From positions 257,037 to 321,036 of the forward strand of contig NMRA01000180.1 of the NCBI GenBank assembly GCA_002633005.1: 64,000 nt of DNA, in the 5' to 3' direction. Positions within the stretch are counted from its first letter, which is position 1. Every line of letters begins with the position of its first letter. This document shows positions 52,141-62,204 of this stretch, piece by piece. The DNA comes from Phoronis australis (Eukaryota; Animalia; Phoronida). The notes beneath the pieces were generated by a model, which was not told the DNA's origin, ran no database searches, and worked only from the letters and a program-made list of their open reading frames with translations. The position numbers and the translations under genes are program-made.

Positions 52141-52797
52141 TATTATACACTTACAATACTATGTGAAGTTTACTTGCGGCAACTAAAAATGCTGGACTAT
52201 GAGCTCTGGAGTTCCATTTATGATTGGGGTTCAGGCTGAACTCAGAAAATCAGATTAGTCTCGCCGATAATGTCACCTATAAGGTTACCATGGGTCTTTA
52301 AAAGAGAGTTTCTTGAAACCAGCAATTTACTGTAAAAACCAGAGAGCTACATACGTGCATATGTAAACCTATGTGTTTACACGAAAGTGAATAAATGACA
52401 AGAAGCAAACCATATGCAAACGAATTTCACACATTTTGGGACCTGAAGTACCGTTTTGAAGGTACCGATAAATTACCGTGACGAGAGCTCCGCAACGCGC
52501 TGAAATGCGCCCACGGCACCTATGGAGCAATGTACGTTAGTTAGGGGCGTTTATTAGTGACCTGCGGCAAGTTGCCTGCGGGCAATTTCAATCAATGTCA
52601 CATACTTTGCCTAGTCATCAAGAAGTGTCTCGAGAATTTAGTGGCCACGATTATAATTATCATACCCATCCTCCAAAAATCTCCTGAAGAAAGGCTTGAA
52701 CTGGAACAGAGTTGGAGTGTTGAGGTGCATGGAGAAATTGTGTGATAATCTGATATGTAAAAATTGTTTGAATGAAGTGCCGTTCTGCTGACTGAAT

Positions 52798-52864
52798 GCC
52801 GCCAGAGGGAGCTACGCACCGCTTGATAACGTCGCTGGTTCCCTGCTTGGCGCTAGGTGGTCGG
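52798..52864 (+). promoter_or_regulatory. Pair of CTCF-like motifs
   Basis: GCCGCCAGAGGGAGCTA (52798) and TGGCGCTAGGTGGTCG (~52848) resemble the CCACCAG(A/G)(G/T)GGCGC core. Confidence 0.35.
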
Positions 52865-53204
52865 TAGCCAGCGCGCTGGCTAAGCACGAAGGGGACCAGC
52901 GATAACTGGCACAATATGGCATAATTTCATGGCCGCGCCTCGTCCTCAGGGTAAGTTCTAGATAAATACGATCGCCAAACTGCATGGAGCACACGTATCC
53001 CCAGACCCACTTCCTTAACCGTTCATACACGTCACGTGCCTATGCTCCATTTTCGGCGTGCGTGTGTGGACTTTTCTGACAACGTCTGCACTCAGACCCT
53101 CGGAAGGAGGTGGAGTCGGATAGGGGTTGCTCCACGAAACTCCACGCCGGGGGTACACACATCCGGTTTCAATGTGAACAGTATACCAAGTAGCAATTTT
53201 ACAG

Positions 53205-54019
53205 AACAATGGCAGCCATTCGAAAAGGCGATTGTCCAGGTTTGGGATATGTGCTGGCTGGCGACAGTAGTACTTGAGTACTATCTAATTCAACGTCATT
53301 TCCCCTTACATCTTAAACACAAACAGTTTGACAAAGTCCGCTCAATTACTCGAAATGAATCTTTAAGAACTAAAACTAAAGGCAATACTACTAATAGAAT
53401 ACCTTTCATAACTATGTTCAATCCATGTTTAAACGGAATTAGCCACGTCTTCAAAAAACATCTTTCTACACTGCATATTTCCCCTCAAATGAAAAACCTA
53501 TTTCCTCATCCCCCTATAATTTCTTGGAGAAAATGTAAAAATCTAAAAAATTATTTAGTTAAAGCTAATATCGACAATATACACCAAACTGACAAACCTA
53601 TTGGCAACACACAATGTAACAAAACTAGGTGTAAAATGTGTAACTTCATCAACGATAGCACTTTTTTCCAGTCTTCCCAAACCAATGAAAACTTTGAAAT
53701 AAAACATTATTCTGATTGCACCACCAACAATATTATTTACCTTATAACTTGTAAAAAATGTTCTATCCAATACGTAGGACAAACTCAACATAATCTACAA
53801 ACTCGGTTTCGTAATCATAGATTTAACATAATACATAAAAACATTTCTGATACTGTAGGTAATCATTTCAATTCCAAAAACCATAATATTCAAGATCTTT
53901 CTGTACAAATAATAGAAAAACTCCAACACCCCAGTACCCCTCACAGACTTAAAAGAGAACAATATTGGATAGACAAACTGAATACAATAGAACCTCATGG
54001 ATTGAACATAAAAACTTAA
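53205..54019 (+). CDS. Penelope-like (Neptune-type) GIY-YIG endonuclease ORF lacking reverse transcriptase
   Basis: RIPFITMFNP linker, PPIISWRKCKNLKNYLVKA, CNKTRCKMC, NIIYLITCKKCSIQYVGQT...RFRNHR...VGNHFN...REQYWIDKLNTIEPHGLN; no stops; PLE homology starts at ~53280. Confidence 0.9.
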
Positions 54020-54124
54020 AATATGTCATTGAATTTTTTACGCAAAAATGTATCATTTTCATTACACCATATCTTATATGTCAATTGTCATTTCGTGTTT
54101 GATTTTACTTTATTTCTGTTTTTG

Positions 54125-54159
54125 TTGATAAAGGAAGTTGTTACCTCCGAAAATTTCAA
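54125..54159 (+). ncRNA. Variant PLE hammerhead-like motif in the 3' pseudo-LTR
   Basis: TTGATAA-A-GGAAGT-TGTT-ACCTCC-GAAA-ATTTCAA ~105 nt after the GIY-YIG stop; core deviates from CUGANGA. Confidence 0.45.
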
Positions 54160-54951
54160 ATTTCAGTTGATCCATTCTTGTTGTTTTATTTACCGATTTA
54201 TAATCTTCATTTCACGAAACAAGAGTATCCTTGGGAGGATCTGGATCGCCTTATTTAGTTTCAGATATATTTTCTACGTTATCCAGTTTCAAAGAAATTG
54301 TTGAACAAACCACTGCTGACACCATGACAATATTATAAGTCAAGACTTGTATTGTGAAGATCAAATGAAACAACAAGCAAGATGGTCACATTCATTTTAA
54401 GATATATAAATTTAGAAAAAAAAACTCATAGTGTCACCGTTTTCAACAAGTATGCTCTTAAGCATAAAAATATTAAAATAATTTAAACATTCAACAGACC
54501 TTTGAAAGCCCTAAGCTCATAGCTGAGACACCTTATAACATACCCATTTACACAAACTTTTATATCAAATTAGATTCCAAAAAAATTCTATGAAATTTGC
54601 TAACTTCTCAGTTATAAAATGGGCAGTTAGAAACCAGCTCAACTGCCGATAAAAATATATCACAGACTGGCACGCATTTACAGACAGAATGACTACTAAG
54701 TACCCGGAAAACGTAGGGTGAGAACATTTAAAAGAACACAATCACACATCTATATCAGTCTGCTACGGTACACAAAAACTCTTCAAGTAAATACTTAACA
54801 CCTGCCTCCTGTTCAGTAGTGCTAGGACCTCGCTAAAAAGCAAGACTAGGTGAGATATTGCCGTGTATCTTGAATGAGAAGACGTGACTTTGGTTAGATT
54901 TTAGCTAGGTCCTAGCGTTACTGAACTGAACGCAAGCCTGGTATCACTAGA

Positions 54952-55155
54952 TGCTATTCCTAGAGACCACGCTCACCCCATAAAATTATTTGCTATTCCT
55001 AGAGACCATGCTCACCCCATAAAATTATTTGCATAAAATTATTTGCTATTCCTAGAGACCACGTTCAACCCATAAAATTATTTGCTATTCCTAGAGACCA
55101 CGCTCACCCCATAAAATTATATGCTATTCCTAGAGACCATGCTCATCACATAAAA
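54952..55155. repeat. 39-bp minisatellite x5 (TGCTATTCCTAGAGACCACGCTCACCCCATAAAATTATT)
   Basis: Directly visible, with a 14-nt partial unit after copy 2; lies in the presumed 3' UTR of the minus-strand gene. Confidence 0.9.
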
Positions 55156-55290
55156 TGACACCCCGTGACAAGCCAACTTGTAGAAACTGAACCTCAGAAC
55201 CTTTATGCTCAGTTTTCCAAAAAATTCTATACTGTACAGAAAAAAAAGAGTTAAAACAGCTGTCAACACTAACTCTTAGTCTTCCGCTTA

Positions 55291-55401
55291 CTAAACAACT
55301 TTGGCCCGTGTGTCCTCCATGTGATCTACTGCTGGAGCCATGGCCGCTGTTCTGTTGGTCACCAAGACGGTCCCAGTTGATGCTCCTGGGTGCACTGCTT
55401 C
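55291..55401 (-). CDS. Type-I membrane protein gene, last coding exon (EAVHPG...TRAKVV*)
   Basis: TTTTTCACAG acceptor, phase 0 matching the previous donor, TAG at 55291-55293. Confidence 0.7.
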   Translation of the reverse strand, partial: EAVHPGASTGTVLVTNRTAAMAPAVDHMEDTRAKVV

Positions 55402-56171
55402 CTGTGAAAAACACAATTGACTGAGAAATGATCCCGGAAAATGTTCAAATTTGGCAAACTTGGGAGCATTACATCTTGGAAATGGCTGAAGGGACTCATG
55501 TGAAATTTCTTCTGGTGGATCAATTTTTTTTCTTTTCTTCTTTTTTATTTTTCTTTTTTCTTTTGTTTCCTTTTTTTCAAGTTTAATAGATAACCAAATA
55601 AGTGATTACATAATAAAAACAAGTCCTTACAGATATGCATCACCAGTGGTACCTAGTAATCTAGCGCTGACTGAGCCACGTTCATACGTTTCACACACAC
55701 GCACACACAAATCCTGCTCATATTGTATACTAAATATTGCGCTAGAATATGGTTGTTAAAATTTGCCATTCGGTTTAAAAATATTCTAAGCATCCATTTT
55801 TGTGAAAATATGCTTATTACTCATAAGTTGCATAAAAAACGAAAATGAAAACTGTAACAGCCGGAGATTTCATCTTGATCATTTATGTGAAGTGAATTTG
55901 GTCATGCTATTCATACCATTGCTTTGCTATCAATGTAACTTTTTTTTCTAAATTTTAATAAAAAGATAGGGTCGCGTGACCTATTTAATGACAGCTAGGT
56001 AAAAGTCTAATTCTATAAGCTTTCTACATTGAGAAAATATTTAGTTTTACTGAATTAAAATTTATAGCTTTATCAATATTTGGCTAAATACAGACTTGAT
56101 GATCAAGTCCTAAAAAACGTTTACACTACATCTAAACAGTGGTACACAAAAGGGGTGTTCATTGCACTAAC

Positions 56172-56257
56172 CACTTGAGTTGGATGCTTGGCATCAGCTA
56201 AAGAAAGAAATTCATCAGGTCTTGCAGCAGCATGAAGTGGTTGAGCAACTTCAGGTC
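56172..56257 (-). CDS. Type-I membrane protein gene, internal cytoplasmic exon (GPEVAQPL...HPTQV)
   Basis: TTTTTACTTTCTAG acceptor, GTTAGT donor, phase 1 to 0, open frame. Confidence 0.7.
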
Positions 56258-56561
56258 CTAGAAAGTAAAAATCAAGAAATTTTTTACTTCAACAGGGCAC
56301 AATTCAACTTTACAAGACAGAAAAGAAGTGAAAGATCAATTCTTTCAACGAAATAAGTGGAAATTATTGCAATGCTAGACACCAAACTTGTGGGTGTCCT
56401 GGGACCCATGACCAGCATCAGCCTAAGTTAAGCCATGTAAGCAACAACTGTGAGCAACCAAGTGAGCACTACTTGTAACTCCCTCACTTGAGACGAGTGC
56501 ATTATATCAGATAGTGCATTATCCCAGATAAGCTATGATGCTGTGGCAACAGGAGAGGCTC

Positions 56562-56850
56562 CAGGGGTCTGTTTCATGAAATGTGACTTAACACTCAAGT
56601 CAGAAATTTGGTCTTATACTCCACACAATCATTTCAGAAAGATACTCAAATCCCACTTGCCTTAAGAAAAAGTGCAAAGTCTTTGAAAATACACCGTAAA
56701 GATAGCAGCTAGCTACAGAGATTAATTTCTGTAAATTATCACTAGATGTGATGCTCTCGCCATTACTCATTTAAACCTTTTACCAGCAATAGTGAGCATA
56801 AAACCAAATTACTGTCTTAAGACTTAAGTCATTTTCATGAAACAGAACTT
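56562..56850. mobile_element. PIF/Harbinger-like MITE (intronic)
   Basis: GGGGTCTGTTTCATGAAATGTGACTTAA...TTAAGTCATTTTCATGAAACAGA. Confidence 0.65.
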
Positions 56851-57810
56851 TGGCCTGACATCTTTTCTCAACCTAAAATTCAATATTTTTTTGGTTTGCT
56901 GTTGTCTTAATCCTAGATACGTTATGTGCGTAAGCACATAATGGTTCACAAAGATAGGTGCTGAATCCTACTTTGCACTTAATGACCCTTAAATTCCAGC
57001 CACAAAATCAAGTTCTAGCTCACTCGAGATTTCATATTCAAGCTTGAAATTATATTAATTTAAAAGTCAGTTTCCTAAAAATTTTGGAGTCGTCAATTGT
57101 GAAGTTTGTAAATCACCGGGTAATGAAAAGAAGAAAAATTGTTTCATTTACAACTGTGATGGTCAGAGACACAAATAAACCAAACTAACAGGCAGACAAT
57201 GGCTGGTTGGATGAAGAAATTTAGGATGGTCTAGAAAATAATCAAGTCTAAACCTATCATGCTGTGCTTATATAATCATAATTTTATTCCACTTGCTAAT
57301 TCGATCTTTAAGACCATTCTAACTTCAGCGAAGTCCTGCTTATGAAATGGTCTAAATCACCTTTCGCATCAGGCCTAAAATAAGTGGTCGCAAAAGAATC
57401 CTTATACACCATCAAATTCTGTATTCCAAAAGGCCCTTGAGGTTATCGGGCCTAGCCCGAGTCTATTACATAAATGAAGCATCACTACCCTCAACAACAG
57501 TAGAAGGAAATAGAACATATGCCTCCCCCTCCACAATGTGCAAACCATTCACATAATGTCCCTTAAGTTCTACCCAAATACTGGAATAAAAATTCTCTGA
57601 CAACTGTTTACATGTACAAAAAATGTCAGAACCCAAAATCAGACTGAGATCAACTTCGATTATTTTCAGTGAACTTTTTACTTTTAAGTATTAAAATACG
57701 AATACATTAAGGGATAATTAGCACTTGAGTTTTGTTAATTACGAAGGCACGGAATCTCTGAGAAAGTTGAGTCATAAAATCCCCTGCCCAAAAGGCGCCA
57801 ATACTTTTAC

Positions 57811-58068
57811 CTTCTTCCTCTATTTCGTTCCTTCGCTGAAACCAAGACTTGTGAAGTTTAACCAGCCATCCTTTCTTGAGGATGTATAGCACCACTATTA
57901 CCAGTAGACACATTACAGCCAAAATTAGAAGTACGAGAAATACAACGAAAAGTGGTGACATGCCATCTTGTGCAGAAGGTGAGGTATCTGGCAGGTTTGT
58001 GCTGAGGGTTGTGACCTTTTGAGGTATCTCATGGACTGGTGATGGGGTTGAAACAAGTGGCCAGAAGG
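57811..58068 (-). CDS. Type-I membrane protein gene, stalk and transmembrane exon
   Basis: CTTTTCTTTCAG acceptor, GTAAAA donor, 258 nt phase 1-1; S/T/P-rich stalk, LFVVFLVLLILAVMCLLVIVVLYIL, then KKGW..K..K. Confidence 0.85.
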
Positions 58069-58736
58069 CTGAAAGAAAAGCATATGCTAACTTAATTTAA
58101 ACACAACTAATGCTGGGGAGTTGACATGCGCCCATGGTGCATTGAATACGATATATTTCTAAGGACCACTAGGAGATATTGCAGTACTCGAATTGGCCCG
58201 AAAACGGAATGTTGTCGGCGCATTGTCATCATATACTTCTCAGTCAAGTTTCATTGAAATTTGTCAATCAGTTCTCTAGAAATAACTCTGAAACGCTCTA
58301 CACCTCAACACCACTTGAAAAGCCTCTTGGTGAGAATGAAATGGTGCCAGCATTTGGTCATCATGTATAACTAATGTAAAGCTTCATTGAAATCCATCAA
58401 TTAATTCTCTAGATAACATCTAGGTGCATTCTTCCCCTAACAACAAACTGAAAAGCAATTTCTCAGGATGCTGCAACCACATAGGCTTGTGTCGAGTTTC
58501 GTTGACATCCATCAATCAGGTTTTTAGATATCTTCTTCCTTCGGCTGTTCACCGAAAGCAAGACTTGCGAAGTTTAACCAGATATCCCTTCTTGTAGGCT
58601 ACATAAAGAAAGAGTAGGCACACTGCAGCAAAAACTAGAACTACGAGCAATAAAACCAAAGCTGGTGACATCCCATCTTGTGCAGGTGAGTTATCTGGCA
58701 GGTTTGTGCTGGGAATTGTGACCAGTTGTGATATTT

Positions 58737-59971
58737 CAGACCTTTATACCACCAAAACTGCATTAGAGTACTTTAGAATTAGAGTACTTTAGACACCAGA
58801 TTTGCACATTTTTGAGTAAATTTGCAGACCTTAGTGTAATGACCAAACACCAAAAATTTTAATTTTCAGCATGTTAGCCTATTAGAACGGTGTTTAGCTG
58901 GTACTTTTCCTAGTTACTTACCTTTCAAACAATAACACATGAATGGAGTGATTCAGTAACACATGAATGGAGTGATTCAGTAACACATGAATGGAGTGAT
59001 TCAGTAACACATGAATGGAGTGATTCAGTAACACATGAATGGAGTGATTCAGTAACACATGAATGGAGTGATTCGATTACCAATTTTCAGAATTCTCTAT
59101 GATGTTTAGTTGGTGGACAGCACACGCAGTAATGAGGCGATACAGTTAATCAATAGAAAGGTTCCTTAATCGTGATGAATCATAACAAAGAGTTCCATAT
59201 GCTTGTTTCTTACAAACAAAAAACGTTTCAACAAAAAAGTGCTCATTACTCTGCACCAAAAAGGTTGAGTATTCCCAAAAATTTGGAATAATAGTTAATT
59301 GCAAGCGTTCATAAACTGATTAACAAATACCACAGTACTGCCTGTCAAAAAACCTTGACTGTTGCCGCGATGGCTCGATGTTCCGCGAAGTCAGTGTGGT
59401 CATCATGTGCGCAACAAAACAACACGGTACACAACTTTGAAATTTAAATTCGACAGTCCCTTCCATAAGACAATGCCATTCTTCCAAATAATTTGACAAA
59501 AACAGATGTTGCCTTCTTTCAGACGCTTTTTTCTTCCCACCTCAGAATATGCAGCGTCTTGTGATTTGTCATTTTAACAACAATCAGTATTTAGCCAGAG
59601 ATAAACGGAAGTAAATAAAATAAACAATTCACTAACCACATAAGTTGCCCGCTTATAGTTTAGCCCAGGGATGATGAATAACAATAGAAGAAGACGTGGC
59701 ATTCGTCGATTATCATGCTATACTTAGAATGAATCTGCACAAGTTTCCAACTATGGAGCTCAAATTTTTTTAGTTAAAATAATAATGAATATGTATATCT
59801 TTTAATTTCTAATTCAAAAATCTTGCATTACTATTATAGCTTATGCCTAAGTAGTCAGAAAAAACTCAGAAAATAATCTGCTTTGAAATTGCATATTTTT
59901 GCCTGGTCTTGCATACTACAAGTCAAATTTCTGTCCGATTTCACATTTTTTGAGTATGGTGCACAGGTCTG
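58737..59971. mobile_element. ~1.2-kb non-autonomous TIR DNA element inserted in the pseudo-exon
   Basis: CAGACCTTTATACACCA...TGGTGCACAGGTCTG imperfect TIRs with ATTT/ATAT flanks; removing it restores colinearity with the intact exon. Confidence 0.7.
58933..59074. repeat. 24-bp minisatellite x6 (TAACACATGAATGGAGTGATTCAG)
   Basis: Essentially perfect copies with no spacers. Confidence 0.95.
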
Positions 59972-60559
59972 ATATCTGACAGACTGGTGGTGGGGTCAAA
60001 CACTAAGTGGCCAGAAGGCTGAAAGAAAAACATATGCGCTTACTTAAATCAGGAAGAGTTCGTGGCACCATCTTTTGTACAATCACTGGTTGTCTTACAA
60101 GGTATTGATAAATAAGTAAGTTTCACTGTAGTAATACAGTAACGCTTACAATAGGTTTGTGGCACCCAAGGGATTTAGGTTATATTACACTGAGCCGACA
60201 CCAGACATCAGTTCATGTGCCAAGCATATGAGGGCGCATGAAATCATAACTGAATTATCAGCAACTTGTCAATCAAAAATCAGACATGTGACTGAATTGT
60301 AAGAAAATTGACATTCAAAAATCAGTAATGACAGAGCAATCAGTTAAGACTGACTTATAGCCAGGGTTATAATATACTTGTGCTGCAGCCTGCAGGTACC
60401 AACAAAGATTTACTAAAGGTACTTATTTGGTCTACGTTCGACTTACGGGTCGGTGATATATTTAACTAGGCAATTACTAGTACACCATCTGGAATTGTTA
60501 AACAGGATATTGTATGAAAGACAGTGCAAACATACAGCACTCAATTACAAGGAACTCCA

Positions 60560-61100
60560 TAACCTACGTTTACATTTGTGTTCGTATAAGCAGATCTTAA
60601 TTCGCTTCTGTAGAGGACTTCTACACAGAGACTTGCAGGACCTACACTCCCCAGTTGCTGAGTCGAAGTGCTCATCTTTCTTACATGGGTCCACCTGCAA
60701 CAAAACACAACATCATTTTGAGAACAGTGATACTACTAGAGACTACAAAGTGATGTCAGTTTATCGCAAGCTCACCCATACCGATCTGTATCTCAACTTT
60801 GACTCTAATAGCAGCATAAACATTCAGTGGTTTGCACTCTTGTCAACAGAGCTAAGAGGTCTCCTTTGAACAAGATCACAAGGACGAAATTGGCTACATA
60901 CAGTGTTCTGTCAGTCAACAACTATGAGAATTGGTCCCTGTCCTCTTACGTAACAGTCCGCAGCAAGATCAGCACAACAGGGGGAAAGTTTACCTCTGCA
61001 GCCATTCCTTACATCAGGAACTTTTCAGAACAGTTTGTACCCACTTATAGATCACATGGGGATGATACCTACTACAACTTCATTAATACCAACTGCCACT
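60560..61100 (+). mobile_element. Decayed Penelope/Poseidon-type retroelement (RT C-terminus and linker)
   Basis: SVYRKLTHTDLYLNFDS, VCTLVNRAK and AAIPYIRNFSEQ...RSHG in shifting frames. Confidence 0.8.
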
Positions 61101-61716
61101 AGGGGTTCTCCTGCAAATCGCGTTGAATGTTTAGATCATACACTGAAGCACTTCAACTTTTCCAGATAAAAACTCAATGTAAAAGAGAGCTAAAAAACAA
61201 TTTCTCGTCGTGAGAACAAAGATTCCCATGTTTAATGTGTTTTCTTTCCTGTGTTTGTTTCACATGGTCAGGCGACTGAGACCTGGGTTGGCTTGTTGCC
61301 AGACAGGGCCACACCCACTACTTTTCCTTAGGCCAAGACAGTTTAGCTAGCACATGTCAAGATAGAAAATGAAAACATTTTAATTTTAGAGTAAAAAAAA
61401 ATATTGCAACTGAACAGTTCTACTCCAATCATGTGTCATCAATCAAAACTGTGTGTTCCACGTCCATGAAAACCTATGCCTATATGTTATCGATAAACTT
61501 TTTTTCTGACCAAGTAGTTAACAAAACAATTGAGGTTCGCCTAGCTTGTTCATATATCTCACTCTGACCTACTATCTTCCAGGCAACCTTTGTTGGAAGC
61601 TGCTGTGGACCAAACCACTGAAACCAGTCATTATTTTCTTCATTATTTCCGTTCTTATAATTTCACTCTTATTTATCAGTTTACTACCAATATCAAGTGT
61701 CACATTTCTTTCTCAG

Positions 61717-61815
61717 CCAACAACATCCAACTTCCTGGTTGGCAAGAATATTCATCACAAGTTTGCTGAATGTGATGACCAGGTTCGTGGATATCATGGC
61801 TTTGTAATTTATCAG
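61717..61815 (+). CDS. Spindlin/Ssty-type Tudor domain, penultimate exon
   Basis: TTTCTTTCTCAG acceptor, CAG|GTTAGT donor, 99 nt phase 0: PTTSNFLVGKNIHHKFAECDDQVRGYHGFVIYQ. Confidence 0.7.
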
Positions 61816-62093
61816 GTTAGTATGTAACAAGCCGCGGTAGTGCTTATTAACAAAATTGCAGCATCTGAAGAGTGCTATCACTGAAGAGGCCACCCTCATT
61901 TTAAATATCACAATAATAAATAAACAAATAAATAAATAAATTTTTCGAAAACTGATGTAACCTACCTAGCTATTTCTTTTTTCTTTTCACGACTTCCAAG
62001 TAGTGGTAACATTTTCACATAACACTGTTCAAATAATGCCTACCGGTATATGTCATAGCAACAAATCATTTATGAATCATAGTATTCTTTCAG

Positions 62094-62204
62094 GTCCCTC
62101 GATATCCATCATTGTTCGATATCCACTATGCCAAACATGAGGTTGCCTACACCTTTAGGCTGAAGGACGACTTGGGTCAAGAGGACCTCAAAGTGCTGGA
62201 GTAA
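62094..62204 (+). CDS. Spindlin/Ssty-type Tudor domain, terminal exon
   Basis: ATTCTTTCAG acceptor, VPRYPSLFDIHYAKHEVAYTFRLKDDLGQEDLKVLE*, AATAAA at 62370. Confidence 0.7.
   Translation, partial: VPRYPSLFDIHYAKHEVAYTFRLKDDLGQEDLKVLE

Larger units (their letters stand above)
58531..60018 (-). pseudogene. Dead duplicate of the TM exon, split by an insertion (pieces 60018-59972 and 58734-58531)
   Basis: Same acceptor and CCTTCTGGCCACTT start; encodes ..NLPDNSPAQDGMSPALVLLLVVLVFAAVCLLFLYVAYKKGYLVKLRKSCFR*; has a frameshift, premature TGA and no donor. Confidence 0.8.

Noticed and set aside
58933-59074. CRISPR-like regular repeats (also 54952-55155, 33761-33878, 23259-23389)
   Set aside because: Head-to-tail units with no unique spacers, no cas genes, eukaryotic context
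61270-61335. THAP C-terminal AVPTIF-like peptide (LLPDRATPTTFP*) upstream of the Spindlin-like exons
   Set aside because: Too short and degenerate, no upstream C2CH residues visible
61550-61750. RTE-LINE-like words on the minus strand (RKLDV, WLRK, QWFG)
   Set aside because: Scattered over different frames; the plus-strand spliced Spindlin-like reading explains the region better
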